Source of the DNA: the human T2T-CHM13v2.0 reference genome, Homo sapiens | DNA length: 64,000 bases | Direction: 5' to 3' (one strand) | Assembly: GCF_009914755.1 (NCBI RefSeq) | Contig: NC_060927.1 | In this document: piece by piece, positions 13,450-28,079 of the stretch | Layout of the letters: each line of letters starts with the position of its first letter | How positions within the stretch are numbered: the first letter of the stretch is position 1 | Notes under the pieces: generated by a model | What the model was told of the DNA's origin: nothing | What the model saw: only the letters and a program-made list of their open reading frames with translations | Database searches by the model: none | Translations under genes and position numbers: made by a program

Positions 13450-15927
13450 TAATAAGTGATCTTAGGACAACTGAGTTGACATCTAGAAAAAAAATAAATG
13501 TGGGTCCATACTTCATACACTATGAAAAATTCCAATGGATAAAAGTTTTAAGTGGTAAAACGAATGAAAATGGAAACTGTCAAATTTCTATAAAAAACGT
13601 GGGAGAATGTGTTTAAACCTCAGGATGAGGATGGCCTTCCTAATGTGAACTCAAAATTCAGAAGTCATAAAAAAGCGACAAAATAAGTGAAATGAAAAAT
13701 AAAGAGATAAAAATAAACTTCTGTTTGCCCCACTATTCCCAGAAGAAAATAAGCAAAATAATGAAAAACATATTTAGAATATTTTCAACACATATCATAG
13801 ACACAGAGCCAATGTTACCAATATATAAAGAGGGCTTAGAAATTAATAATGGAAAGAGTTACATATCAATTTTTTTAAATGGCCAAAATGTATAAATATA
13901 CAAATGACAGAAAAGGAAATAAAAATTGCTCTTAAACCTTTGAAAAGATGTTAAACCTCGCTTGCAATAAGAACAGTGTGAATAAAACCATGCTGAGATC
14001 TAATTCTTCACCTATCATATTGACGAAATCCAAAAGGTACATATATTTTGTTGTGAGTTACTGAGAAAGAAGCACTCACTTGTACAACCCTGTGAAGGGC
14101 TTGTAGTATATGTCAAAATTTGAAATGTGTATGTGTACCCTTTGACCCAGCAAGTCTACCTCTAAAAATTTATCCTATGATTACACTCGAATACACATGA
14201 TATGGCCTATGTAAAATAATTGCATCATTGTAATAGTAAAGGATTAGGTTTAGCCTGGATATCTATCACAGGGCATTGACTAAATGAATTATGGTATATT
14301 TCTACCATAAAAGAATATCCAATTGTTAAAAAGCAAAAATCCACACACCCACACACACATAGAAGCAAGCTCAGTATACGTTGATGTGAAAAGATATTAA
14401 AATTTATTTAAGTGGAAAAAAAAGCAACGTGCAGGACAGCAGGTATAGTTGCTACTATTTGTGTAAAAATGGAAAGAATGCATATTTGTGCTGGTCAGTT
14501 TATGAATAAAAATCTCTGGAATGACAAGACATAAACAACAGTGATTACCTGGATTGAGAGGGAGATTCTTCATTGCATACCTTTTGTACACTTTGATGTT
14601 TAAGCCTTGTTGAATGGATGGCCTCTTTAAAAAAAAAATCAAAGGGGAGAAACCTATACACATAGAAAAAGAAAAGGCATAAAAAATACTGCAGAGAAAT
14701 GAAAAGGAAATTAAGTCACTTTAAACTTAGTAACTCTCTCAAAAAGAAGTTTTATATGATACAAAGTGCAGTAATGTGCATATGATACAGAAAAAAACCA
14801 ATAAATTAAACTCATAACAAATAAAGATGGTATGAGCCCTTTGCAGAAGGGGTATATGATCAGGAGGATTACTGCCTGGACAAATACTTAGGGAGCAACT
14901 GCTGCATGGTTTAAGAATTAATGGTGCCAAAGCTAATATATTGGTCAGTGATTCTCATATGCAGTGGACCAGTTTTTATATCAAGGAGTAGTTTTGGTGA
15001 CTGCTTGGAAAGAAGCATCAGCCCGTACACAAATGGGCGCCAAGCAGTAGATGTAAAGGTAAGTTGGAGATCCCAGAGCTTAGGGGTGTGCTTGCTAATG
15101 GTGATGATGCTTGCCAAAAGCCTCAGTCTACAGGTTACTCACAGCTGAGAATTAGGATGCGATTAAAAGGAAAAATACAGGAAGGCAATTAGAAACAAAA
15201 TAGTTATTTGATTTTGGTGAACAGTAAAAATTTTAGCTACCAGTGTTTTTAATGACCACTTGCTTTGTAATTGACCAAGTCTAGTCACGTGCATTAAACT
15301 GTATGCCATGAAAGAGACAATAAAGTAAAAGCTTTGGAGAGAAAACAGTCTACTTTTTGTTCTGCTATTTGAGAAGAAAGCATAATTTATATAGTCACAG
15401 TCTCTTTTTATTAATAGGAGTAACAATAGTTACTATCTAGTCTGTGTTTATATTTCCAAGTATTGTGCTACATACACAGTTTCTTATGTAGTCTTCCCAA
15501 CTGCTTAATGACATAAGTATATTATTATCTGAAAGCCTGAAGAACTACCAAAGGTTTAAAAAGGTACATGTTAGCCTTTAAGTTCATTCTCTCTGAATCC
15601 AGCTAACTGTGCTAAGATCTACAATTCAATATTTGTGAGTTTCCATCTTTCATTTCTTTTAAATGTTACTAAATATATTGAATGACTCCATGTGGCATCT
15701 TATCTTTAACTTTGGACAGAGGGTTCTGGTAGGATGTGCTGGTATCCAAACCGGGGTTCAGTTGAAAAACAGGCACCCACTTCTTATCTTGCTATAGATA
15801 AGAAGAAAAAAAGATGAGGGATACAGGGCTATAACACAGGGATCTAGACGTTAGGACCAAAACATCTGGCAAGATTTAGCTAAAAGAATCATGGCAACTT
15901 ACCAGACCTATGGGTGAATCAGAAGTT

Positions 15928-15931
<4 letters not shown>

Positions 15932-15967
<36 letters not shown>
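15932..15967 (+). repeat. Pure poly(A)36 tract
   Basis: 36 uninterrupted A with no Alu or L1 body upstream. Confidence 0.95.
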
Positions 15968-15969
<2 letters not shown>

Positions 15970-16309
15970 CAAAGGGGAAAATCTTATACACTATATCTTA
16001 TTCATGAATGTTCAAAGCCATTTGAAGTTAAAAACTTCTTAAATCTGCCCAAGCTCAGAAGGAAGTGAATCCCAGTGCTGAAAATAGAAACAGAACTTAT
16101 TAATGGAAGCTAAATAATTGCAAATATGAGATCAAAATATCACATAGATCATTAAGTGAGTCAATGGGTCTGTTTAAACTTTTATGGGATTCTCACTTCC
16201 AGTAAGCTGCCTAAATACGGAGAAAAGGTGGAATATTGAATAGCTTTTTCTCTACCATAGCAAGAAAATACTCTGGTTATACCAGGTGCGTGTGAGTTAG
16301 TGAAACCCA

Positions 16310-16660
16310 TTTTATTATTCCAGATGTATTTACTGATACCTACTAAGTGCCAGACATTGTGCTAGATGAGCAGTGCAAAAAGCACAGTCTCTGATTACAG
16401 GGAGTTTCTCATCTTGTGAGAAGAAGAAATATTAAAATAAGTATACATAAAAAGAGGAAATTACAACTATGATCACAGCTGTGAAGGAGCAGTGGTTGGT
16501 ACCATATGAGCCTGTCATAGAGGGAGTTGACCTCATCAGGGAAAGCTGGTCTCGGAAATGGTGAATTAAACTGACTTCTGAAGCAAGAGTGGGAGTTAAT
16601 TGGCAAAGAATCATGGATTAGAGCCTTCCAGGCAGAGGAAACAGCGTGTGTTAGGTTGAA
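16310..16660 (-). mobile_element. L2 LINE 3' fragment
   Basis: tatttactgatacctactaagtgccagacattgtgctag...ttccaggcagaggaaacagc motifs. Confidence 0.7.
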
Positions 16661-17331
16661 CCATACGTAATTGCTACTTTTAAAGGTCAAAAATCATTGA
16701 GCGTCAACTGTTTCACACAGTTCAACTTATTTACGGGTCTGTTATACACATAGCAAGGTCCAAAGCACTATGGCTAATGATAAGGTGTTTTATATGCTTC
16801 CTGCACTCATGCTTCTCACAGTTCAGATGGGAGGGCCATGAAAGGATAAACAAAAAGAAAAAATGACAATAGAATAAGAGAGATTATAAGGGCGTGAAGG
16901 ATTCTTCAGAGAGGAGGAGTTCTAGAGAAACCAAGTCCTCCTATTTCAGAGATGTTCCATGCAGATGGGATTATTGATACCTAAAGCTGCTGATGGCTTT
17001 CCATCAGGGAGGTCGGGCAGATGCTTGAGCTGAGTCTGTAATATCCAGTTTTTATCCCTCCGTTCTTCCCTGTTAAAGGAAGCCACAGTGCTGAAATAAA
17101 CGTTAAAAACTTGCCTCTTTGGCTCTGTGCATAGAGTGTCTCATTAACGGTGAGATCAGTGGTGACCACCAAATGACTTTGCAGCACAAGGGTTTGAATT
17201 TATCGGGACCGATTTTTTGGGAAATAGTCTCAGATATTTATGTGGAATCAGAGACAAAGGGAACTCCAGTAATCAGCTGACACAGGAAGAGAAATTTTCT
17301 CTTCCTCACAAACAAGGAAATAAAGTCAAAG

Positions 17332-18060
17332 TGTAACCACCCAGTGGGTTCACCTTACCTGTTGCCCAGACAGAACTGATTTATCAAGACCGGGGAAGTG
17401 CAATGGAGAAAGAATAATTTAAGCAGAGAGCAGAGCTGGCTGTGTGGGAGACTGGAGTTTTATTACTACTCAAATCAGTCTCCCCGAGCATTTGGAGATG
17501 AGAGTTTTTAAAGATAATTTGGCGGGTAGGGGCTTGGGAAGTGGGGAGTGCTGATTAGTCAGGTTGGAGATGGAATCATAGGGGTTGAAGTGAGGTTGTT
17601 TTGCTGTCTTCTGTTCCTGGATGGGATGGCAGAACTGGTTGCGCCATTTCTGGGTGGGGCCAGCTGATCCATCCAGTGCAGGGTCTGGAAAATATCTTAA
17701 GCCCTGATCTTAGGTTTTACGGTAGTGATGTTATCCCCAGAAGCAATCTGGGGAGGTTCAGACTCTTGGAGCCTGAGGCTGCATACCCCTCAACTGTAAT
17801 TTCTAATCTTGTAGCTGATTTGTTAGTCCTGCAAAGGCAGACTGGTCCCCATGCAAGAAGGGGGTCTGTTCGGGAAAGGGCTGTTATCAAATTTGTTTCA
17901 GAGTCAAAACATGAACTGAATTCCTTCCCAAAGTTAGTTCGGCCTATGCCCAGGAATGGACAAGGACGGCTTAAAGGTTAGAAGCAAGATGGAGTCGGTT
18001 AGGTCTGATTTTTTTCTCTGTCATGATTTCCTCAGTTATAATTTCGCAAAGGCAGTTTCA
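17332..18060 (-). mobile_element. LTR8/LTR8A-like ERV1 solo LTR
   Basis: Minus strand starts TGAAACTGCCTTTGCGAAATTATAACTGAG and ends GGTGAACCCACTGGGTGGTTACA; 729 bp. Flanks aaag/gaag (4-bp TSD, one mismatch). Confidence 0.88.
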
Positions 18061-18929
18061 GAAGGGAGTCACATGTGTGCTAGCAGCAGATGTATATGGC
18101 ACTGCTTTCTCTCCGAGGTGCGAGATTTACACTGTGATTGTCCTCTTGTGCTATTAACTATATTTTAGAAAATATTACTTGAGCTTTTGGTGAGGAGGAG
18201 GTGGTAGATGTACACTTTGGTCTGCTGGAAGAAAGAAGAATGGTCTTTTGGTTTAATAGCATATAAAGAAATGAGTTAAAATACTTAAAGATCTCAAAAA
18301 ATTATCCCATACATCCATACATCTCTTCTCAACACCATCCCTTTTGAAATAAAATTCCTTCTATATTCTTCACTTTAGTTTTTGGGAAGGGGTAGATAAT
18401 TGAGGGATGTGGTGTGTCATTCAAAATGTTGAAACCTTTTATTTTCTGAAGAGTTTCTTTCAAATGTAAGGAGTTTGAGAGTAATCTCTTACATTTACTT
18501 TGTCCTTCACACTTTGATAAAGCTTGTTCGCTGCCATTATCACTCTCCACAGCTCCACAGACACCCTGGAGGATTGGCTGTGCCTATTCTCTTTCCACCT
18601 CCATCGTTGCTACCCGCACCTCGATTTGGCAGTGAACTGAAACTTAGGCTGATTGTCTAATTTCCCCTGAAGTCCCCTAGTAAGCCATTTCATTATCTCC
18701 CCCGCCTTTGTAATGGGGGGGGGGGCAGCTACCTGTTTAAATTCAATTTTCATTTTCTAAGAAACATATTACAAAGAGCCAGCCTAAGTGAAAATTCAGA
18801 CACATCAGAAGGATATGATCAGAAGAAAGAAGCCAGACTTGTCTTCTTTCTTCTTTTTCAATAAATGTAGTTGATTTAGATGACAATGATGGTTGTCATT
18901 CTCATCACAGAAGTAAGAGTGGCTAAGAC

Positions 18930-19150
18930 TTGGCACTTCATGAGTGATTACTATGTGCTTGGCACTCGTAAGTGCTTTGCATGGATTATTGTCTTTAAAT
19001 TTTATCAACAAATCTATGATCTAGGTACTTTAAATTATCCTTAGTTTACAAAGAAAGAGTCAGAAGTGCATAGAGGTGAGTAACTTACTCAAGGGACAGA
19101 TGTTGTAAGAGGTGAGGTTGGAATAGCTTTGTTCAACCCCAGAGCCTACA
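18930..19150 (-). mobile_element. MIR SINE
   Basis: ttactatgtgcttggcact...agaggtgagtaacttactcaagg. Confidence 0.65.
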
Positions 19151-19277
19151 TTTTTTTTTTTTTTAAGACAGGTTCTCACTATGTTACCTGTGCTGGTCCT
19201 GAACTGTGCTCAAGTGATCTTCCCACCTCAGCCTTCTGAGTAGTTGGGGTTACAGGCACATGCCACTGTACTTGGCC
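19151..19277 (-). mobile_element. FLAM (free left Alu monomer)
   Basis: Poly-T followed by a single ~115-bp Alu monomer ending cttggcc. Confidence 0.88.
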
Positions 19278-19304
19278 AGAACGTGTATCTGTAACCACTC
19301 AGTA

Positions 19305-19462
19305 TTATCCAGTATGGTCTTTAGAACAGAGGCACTAGAATCAATTAGGGAGCTTGTTAAATATACAGATCACTGAGCTCTACTAGTGGCATACAAAATT
19401 AGTTTTGAAGGTGAGGTTTGGGGACTTGCATTTTAACCACCTTCACCGTTCATGGAGAACAG
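19305..19462. mobile_element. MER5-like hAT-Charlie fragment
   Basis: agaatcaattagggagcttgttaaatatacagat...ttgcattttaac. Confidence 0.6.
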
Positions 19463-19964
19463 CAGAAGCAGCATAGTGCTGAAGTGATTATTCAACCCAC
19501 AGAAGTCCATCAGTGAGATTACAGCTACACGGCAGATGGAACCTAAAAATGATGACTCCACTCTGGACGATATGCGTGCGAAGTGGTATAGTCCAGTGCA
19601 TCCTTAGAGGAGTAGGGGGCAATTGCTACAGACTATGACAAAACACAAAACTCAATGGGAGGGAGATTACTGCTGCTTAGGACACACTCCCTACTTTTTC
19701 TCTCTTCATCAACTGATTCTCTCATGACTCGGGCTGCTTCAGGTTAACTGAGAAACAGGACAGTAGCAAGCCTTCAGGAGCATGCGCCCTCCACTGGCTT
19801 GGATGCCTATCACAACGTCCTCTCCATCTGCCAGTGAATGCACCACACTGGGATGTGTTAAGATGAGCAGCCCTACTGGAAGCAGCTGCTAATGCTGTAA
19901 AGGTTGAGAGAAGTGATTCTCAAGGTGTTTACGACTTTTTCTTTTATACAGAAAATATATATTG

Positions 19965-20192
19965 CAGTGGTTCTTAAACTGGTGCATGCATCAGAATCAC
20001 GTGGAGGATCCTCGGCCTCAGACCCAGAGTTTGTGAATCAGTAGAAACAAGCCCTTGGCTTGGGGCTTGTTAATATAAGTAGGCTGGGCCCTTGGCCTAG
20101 AGTTTCTGATTCAGTAGGTTTGGGAGTGAGGATGAGTCTGTGCATAGTGCAGCTGATGCTACTGGTCTGGGTACCAGACTTCAGGATCACTG
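19965..20192. mobile_element. MER5A-like element with an internal duplication
   Basis: cagtggttcttaaact...atcagaatcac...ggatcactg; the segment agagtttNtgaNtcagtag occurs twice. Confidence 0.7.
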
Positions 20193-20374
20193 GTCTATAG
20201 TTTAAGGGATAGGATGATTTTAGGGGCAGTTTTCCAATGCAGACTATAATCCTGTGATTAAGAATATAAAAGTAGACCATCCATCTATCTTTCCTCTTAA
20301 ACATCAGAGAATAGGGATAGAAATATAGTCATATTACCCAGTTTGGAGATTAAAGTCTATCTTGAGAAATGGTA

Positions 20375-21040
20375 TGGTTTGATAGTTGAGTGATGGGCCT
20401 TGGGAGTCAGAACTGGTTTCAAATGTGGTCTTTTGGTGAGTTAGCTAACATCTTTGAGCTTCTTTGAGTTTCTTTGATTTTCTACATCTATAAACCAAGA
20501 ACAACAAAAATGCCTCCCTCTTAGGGTTTGTGTGGGAGATCTTTGGTTTGTCTCCAGTAGCATTTTCTTCCCTTGGCCATTTTGCAATGCCTTTTGTCCT
20601 TTGCTTTCCGGTGGGGTTCACCCCAGAAGGAATCCCAGCAGGAGCTCAAAGTGTGAAAGGAGAATGAAATAAGGAGTTAGGTGTTTCCTGCTCATCCTCT
20701 GTGGGGTCACTACAGTTGGCTGTGTCCCTCTCAGAAAGCCTACTGCTGGTTAGTGCTGTCTTACAGCCAGACCTCCTGTCTCTGTCTTCTTGAAATTCTA
20801 CTCAGCCCTTGGTGCCTTCTGCTTAGGGATAGTGATGGTTGTCTGTGGTTAATTTACTGAAACACACTATTCCTTGTTCATTCCCTTTAACCTCGCTGCC
20901 ACTTTTGTAAATAGTGCTTTGTGAAGGCCCATTTGACAGTACCCTCAATTGATGCTGGGGCCCTCACGGCTAAAACTGTGGTGAGAATACATGGAGAGAA
21001 TGCAGATAATGTACTTGGCTCAGTGCTGTCATCTAGTGGG
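20375..21040 (+). mobile_element. MIR split by an LTR33-like ERVL LTR (~20535-20976)
   Basis: The MIR left half ends at cttagggtttgtg and resumes at tgtggtgagaatacatggag. The middle carries an LTR33-like ccacttttgtaaatagt motif. Confidence 0.55.
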
Positions 21041-21359
21041 TGTACCCAGTCATGTTCATCATTATTACTGCTTTGTAATATTTGGTCTAAATTGTCCTTA
21101 TTGGTTATTTGTGCCTGTGGCACCTACTGACACATGAACAGCTCATTCATCCATTTTGGTTTCTTTAGACACCACTTAAATCATGTGGACTATCTTGCTA
21201 ATTTTCCTCAAACCTTGGCTAAAGTCATGTTTTCATTTTTTGGCATCTGTATTATTTAAGCCTTCAGATTTTTTTTGTTTCTTATAGGTTAACATTAACT
21301 AGTATGTGACTCCTATTTCTAACTTTGTTAATAAAATATATTGTTGGACACCATCTCCT

Positions 21360-21572
21360 CTTACAGAAGTACCATTATGGAAGATACCAAGTGCATGGCA
21401 AAATGGGGAAGAAGGAGCCTGAGTCTCTGGTGTCACCAAGGAGCTATTTTACCAGTTCTGAATGCACTGCTTCTTGATTCCTTTTTCTGTGAGAAAAATA
21501 AGCTGCAAATGGATAAGCCACAGTCATTAGGCTTTTTGTTGCATCCAGGCAAATGGAATCCTCACTGATACT
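21360..21572 (+). mobile_element. MLT1 LTR 3' fragment
   Basis: gtgagaaaaataagc...taagccac...aatcctcactgatac end. Confidence 0.55.
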
Positions 21573-23083
21573 CTCGTTCGGAGATTGAACTAGGTCTAGT
21601 CAGGGTCATCAAGAAACATTCAACAGAGTCATAAAAGTATTGCTTTGAGAAATGAATGCAACTTTAAAAAATGTGATTGGTTTCTATATTTAATCTGTAG
21701 CTCATGTCAAATGATTTCCTAAAAAAGGACTGTCCCTATCTTGGTCATTGCTGTATTCCAGATGTCTAGTACAATGCTTGACACAGAGTTAATACTCAGC
21801 AAATAAATACTTACTAAATATGTACAGTGTTTGTTTAGTAAAGGTTGTGACTGGTTAAATTTCTGGGCAATGACATGAGGATAAAATCACAGGGCTTATT
21901 CCCTTATTTATTGTCAGTATCTATAATCTGCCTGGGAGGAAAGATAACAGGCGGAAACTCTGGCATCTTTGTATTTATAAGACCTAGGACAATGTCCAGA
22001 GAGTGGTAGACCCTCAAAAAGTGTCAAGTAAGCAAATCAAGAAATGAAAGTGAATAGAAAAATGTTTTCTGTCTATTTACTTAGAAACCCCACAACTTTA
22101 AAGATATGTTGTATTTTCTCTTTACTTAAATTGCTTCTTTATTGCTTTTCCACATTTTTTTAAATTTAGAAAAATTATAATGTAGAAAGACCTGGAAGGG
22201 AAGATAAAATTTTCTGTAATCCTGCCATCATCTAGGCTTAAAAAAATTTCTGGATGCCTTTGATGAATTTTTTTCCCCATCAGCAATACCTTTCTTTTGG
22301 AAGCTTATTCTACTGAATTTTTTTTGCAACTTAGCTTGGTAATTGTGACTGACTTTCCAAATCTCTGTTAAACCAGGATAATGAGCGATACTTAAAGTTC
22401 TCATTTTTGCTTCAATTTACAAACCTTTAGAGCATTCAGTTCCTTTCACTGCATTCTTGATACTGTAATTTGCAACAACAGGCCCTTGTTCTCAAAGTAG
22501 TTTATTTAAAGATGCCTCATTTGCTGTTCCTCTGGGTATGTTATTATTGTACAGTACTTCTGAGTGTTATTATCCTTGTCTTCTTTTGACATACATGCGC
22601 AATAGCTGATATTTTTAGTGTGCTATTAATATTATTAAATCGTATTATGTATTTTATTTGGTTGATGTGTTATTACACAGTTACCTCTCAGATTTATATA
22701 TTTAATCTCAAAAATTAACTAGCATTCGTATTTTTTAAAGTGCTAGCAAAATGCCAAAGAAGTAATTAAAAATATAAGTAAACCCAAGCCAAAGGATTTT
22801 GAAGGACTTTATGACCTAATACTGGTTTGGGAAAGGGGAGAGGGCTGGGAAGGAAGTTGTTCTAGGAGATTTATTCTACGACTGTATAGGCACACAGCTA
22901 ATTTACCTTTAGAACTCTTCTGTGTCTTCCTTTAGTGGTAAATGGTTACTGATAAATGAGAAAGAACTGCCACTTATAATTTTAATATATAAATCCCATT
23001 TTATTCTAGCTTTCTCTCTTCCCTTTCTTTCATCCTCAACAACTGTGCAAATCTATGGGACGTTTTATGTTTTGTTTCTGAAG

Positions 23084-23690
23084 TTCATTCATTCATTCAG
23101 TCAGTCAGTCAATCAACACGTATTTATTAGGTGCCTGCTGTTCTGGGAACAAAACGGTGAGTGAGGCACAGAGGTTGCCATGGTGGGCAAAACCTGAGAG
23201 TCTTAGTTCTTCCGGGACTTGCAATCTAGTGGAGGGAGACGGGCGATTATCAACTAATCACAGTCAGGAGTCTATCATTATACAGCGGTATTAGTGCAAT
23301 GAAGAAAAGGATCACAGTTTAATGAGAAAGTAAAGGACCCTGGGACTGACTAGGGTCTTGGGCTCAAGGTCAGAGAGGATTCCCTGAGGAGGTAAAGTTT
23401 CAGCTGAGAGCATAGGATAAGTAGCAGGTCAAAGTTAAAAGGCTATAGAGAGGTGGTGGGGCATGAGGAAGTGTTCCAGATAGAGGGGGCCCGATTTAAG
23501 CTTAGTGACTGGAGAGGATATGGAATGATTGAGGCATTGGAAGAAAGACAGGTGGCTGTAATTCAGAAAGCCAGAGATAGAGTGAAGCTAGACATGGCTA
23601 GACAGGGAACTGGGCCCAAAATTATGCAAAGCCTTGAAGGTCATGTCAAGAATTTGGTCTATACCCTAAAAGCAATGGGAGGAAGCTGTG
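23084..23690 (-). mobile_element. L2 LINE 3' end
   Basis: (TTCA)n/(TCAG)n tail, tatttattaggtgcctgc, gccttgaaggtcatgtcaag...aagcaatggga. Confidence 0.75.
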
Positions 23691-23780
23691 AGGAACTTCA
23701 TTCCATTCTTTGGCTCTTAATCCTTTCTCCTTTGCATTATTGTCTTTTGTATACATGGTTTGTGGCTCTAATTAGGATAT

Positions 23781-24190
23781 TATGATGACTAGTTTTATTT
23801 GTCAGCTTGGCTAAGATATAGTGCCCAGATATTTGACCAAACATTATTCTGAATGTTTCTATGAGGCTGTTTTTAGATGAGACTAACATTTAAATTGATG
23901 GAGTAAAGCAGATTGCCTTCTGTAATGTGGGTGGGCCTCATCTAATCAGTTGAAGGCCTGAATAGAACAGAAGACTGAAATTCCCTAAGTAGGATGGAAT
24001 GTTGCAGCAGATGATACTCAGACTTGAGCTGCAACGTTGGCTTTTCTCAGCTCTCCAGCCTGCTAGCCGTTCCTGCAGACTGAAACGTGCAAGGCTGCAT
24101 GATCACGTGAGCCAGGTTCTTAAAACAAATCTGTCTGTTTATCTACACAACCTGTTGGTTCTGTTTCTATGGAGAACCCTAAGATAGATA
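23781..24190 (+). mobile_element. MLT2 (D-like) ERVL solo LTR
   Basis: cccagatatttgaccaaacattattctg...gtaaagcagattgcc...ggagaaccctaa. Confidence 0.85.
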
Positions 24191-26499
24191 TCATTATCTC
24201 CTTGAACACAGAGAATATGTTTCACTCATCTTTGCATGTTCCTAGTACCTAGTACTCTGCAAACAGTGACTGCTCAGAAAACTGGCATTTCATGAGACTG
24301 TCACATCCCAAAGGATGCTATTTGTACTATGCTTAAAATATAACTTATCAATGCTAAAAAGCTGTTTTCAAAAAATGTGTAAAAATCCCCAGACCTATAT
24401 AAGTTAAACTGTCTTATTGTATGCATTCTCAGGATACTTAATATACTGATATCTGGTGTGACAAAGATATCATCAAATATTCATAAGCCTTCTTTTAGTT
24501 CAGCCTCTTGTGGAACTTGTGTTTTCAGAACTTGCCTTGGGTAGTAGTAGAGAGAACATTCACTGAATCAGAGGGTAAATAATTACCCTTTATCTGGACT
24601 GGAATTATATATTTCTGTGTCTGGTTAATACACTGGGGGAAGAAAATGTTTTGTTTTATTTTGTTTTGGATTACTGAAGTTAGGCCAGATAACAAATCCG
24701 TTGACTAAAACTTTAGTGAGACAGTCTTTGTTTAAGAGTTTCACCCTACCTAGTATTATATGACATATTCAGGAGATCTAATAACTGAGTGAGAAGTTGC
24801 CAAAATGTTTATAGTTAATAGAGGAGAGAGGAAGACAATATCAGCATTACCTAGAACAGAGCCACTCAAAATGTGGTTGATGAGCTTGTATTGGTCTATA
24901 AACTGTGTCATGCTAATCTGCACAAAAGTGGATAGGAAGCATGGAGAAACATTTATAACCATTGAACAGAGTAATTTATGTCTGTTGATACAATTTAAAA
25001 AATTGGACACGTATTTATGTGCCTTCTTAAATATAATTTTTCTAGTAGTTAATCTTAATTGAGTTTCACAAAATTATTGATCTGTGATGAATTGAAGATT
25101 AAAATAATAAAGAAACAAATAACTGGTTAATCACCATAGACTAAGAAGCACTGGCCTAGTCTCACTGAGAAAAGTTTCCTGGGGAAGGGAAACTGCTCAG
25201 GGATAAGCCTAGGAGCAATGAATGACATTTTTGAGGAGGGACCACTATGAACAAAGGCCCAGAGACTGCACTGAACGGGTTTGTAGAGGACAATATGAGG
25301 TCAGCCTGGGTGGGTGGGCAAGGCAGGGGAAGGAGGGCCCAGGAATCCATTTGCACAACTTTCACGGAGACCGACCCCGTCCCTGTGTTTTTGTCAGACA
25401 GCATGGTGCTATAGACAAGCAACATTAGGAGGCTTGGCTAAACTCTGCTACCCTTTGGGAGGTCATTCCAGTTGTGTTCCCATTTCTGTATGAGTTTTAC
25501 TCGTTCATTTCTAAACAGGAGTGTTAATCTGAAGGTTGATTATTCCTCCAGTGGTTATGAGAGTGTGGTTACTTGGCAGAGACAACTCGAATTAAAGTGT
25601 TTACAGTAAACCAAGGCCAATTCAATGTTACTAGTTATCACTTGTTTACAAGATAATACTTCCGTTGCCCTGCCTCTGTACCCCTCCCCTCCAATCATGG
25701 GTGAATTTAAGAATATTATTTGATTCGATTCCATCTAGGAAATAGAAGACACTTGTCAAGTTCCTACGCCTGCCGGGTGTGTATTTTTTGCAGAACGTCC
25801 CTCATGTTGGGTTATTAAAATGATGGTTTTCCTGGCAAATACATTGCTTAGTTCCCCAGGAGATTTTAGTGGTGATGTTATATGCTCAAAAACAAAAATT
25901 CCATCCCGATGAAGAGGATATTTATAAAATTAATATTTTAGAAACTTGGAAAAAGCAACTGGGAGACCAAGTGGGACTAATATATTCATGCAAATGGCAG
26001 GTATATATTTTTTAACCTGATACTGTTTTTCTTTAAGTTATTGAAGTGACCATATTCCTAAGCTGAATGGAATTCCTTTTCTGTTTCCTGGTGAATTGTG
26101 AATACATAAGGTTTTAGACAAATATGAATCAGGGGGATTAGTTTGCAAAGTACAGATGATGGTGAAAATTGAGGGCTTATTTTAATTGGTTTCTTTTGAT
26201 TTTGCTTTTGTTGATATCTTAAACAATTTTTCTTTTCTCTTCTTTCCTTTATGATGTGATGTCCTAGTTAGTATTTTTATTTCTTTAATTATTTCATTCA
26301 ATATTATACCTATAACAAAGTATTGTTCTACTAGAAAGCTATTGAACTGTTGGCTATTCCAGCATAGGCCTGGTCAGTGACCTGGACTGTGAAGATACAA
26401 GAATAATTATCATTTCTGGCTGCTCAAGGGAGTGGCCTGGGGAATGGATGCATGGATAGATGAATGGATTCGTTCATTCATTAAAGCAAGCAAGCAAAA

Positions 26500-26656
26500 A
26501 TCTGTGTTACATCACAGATTGCTGTTCCCTGCTGCCCCCATGGCTTGCTGAGTTTCTAATTCAGCCAGGCTGGGGTTGGGGCCGGAGATTTTGCATTTCT
26601 GACGATGTCCCAGGCGGTGATAATTCTGGCCCTGGGACTGTACTAGAGAACCATGG
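26500..26656. mobile_element. MER5A-like fragment
   Basis: gagtttctaattcag...ttttgcatttctgac...gagaaccatgg. Confidence 0.6.
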
Positions 26657-27198
26657 TCTTAAAGGATTTGAACAGACTGAGTATGACTTTATTACCCAGC
26701 ACTTAACTAGAAGGTGCCCTCCCAAGCTTGAGAGAAAGACTTTGGAATAAGGGGTGGTATTCAGACAGACAGATCAAGGATCAAAGAGAGACAGAGCAAA
26801 TGGAGAAGGATGCAGGAGAAAGAATGAGTAGAACTGGAGGCAAGAAAGGGACATGGCATCTTAGCAGGAAGCAAAGATTTTCAGAGCAGAAGAGCAGAGG
26901 CATAGAGCGAACGTCCCCCCAGATCACAGGTTTATGTTTCATACTTAGACTTCAAGATGTGTTCCTTCAGAGATGACACCAGTCAGCTATGCTTTGGCTT
27001 AAAACTCTTTGTTCTCTGTTTATACAATCAGTATTCCTTCAACACGTGATGCCCTGTACACACAGTGTGCTCAAAATGAGAGCTTTAACATGTCAAAATT
27101 ATTATTTTCTCATCTCTCTGTATTATGTATTTTTACTCTGGAACAGACACTTTTAAGTGCTGGACATGTTGGAATTGAAAAAAAAAAAAAAAAATCAA

Positions 27199-27508
<310 letters not shown>

Positions 27509-27521
27509 GCACTTAACTTAG

Positions 27522-27702
27522 TGAAGGGATCAACAAGCCTTTTCTGCAAAGGACCACATAGTAAATATGTTAGACTTCTGGGCCAAGAGGAAAATGAATT
27601 ATGTACGTACATAGATAACACTTAAAATGTTACCATTCTTAGCTTGCAGGCTGTACAAAAGCAGGCATTGGGCCACCACAGGCTGATGTTTATCAATCCC
27701 TG
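27522..27702 (+). mobile_element. MER58-like hAT-Charlie element
   Basis: ttttctgcaaaggaccacatagtaaatat...atcaatccctg. Confidence 0.65.
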
Positions 27703-27750
27703 CTCTAGTGAGAAACACCAACATTAATTAACACACATATAGATATATGA

Positions 27751-28077
<327 letters not shown>

Positions 28078-28079
28078 AA

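Noticed and set aside
18715-18725. G11 homopolymer
   Set aside because: Isolated run with no further structure.
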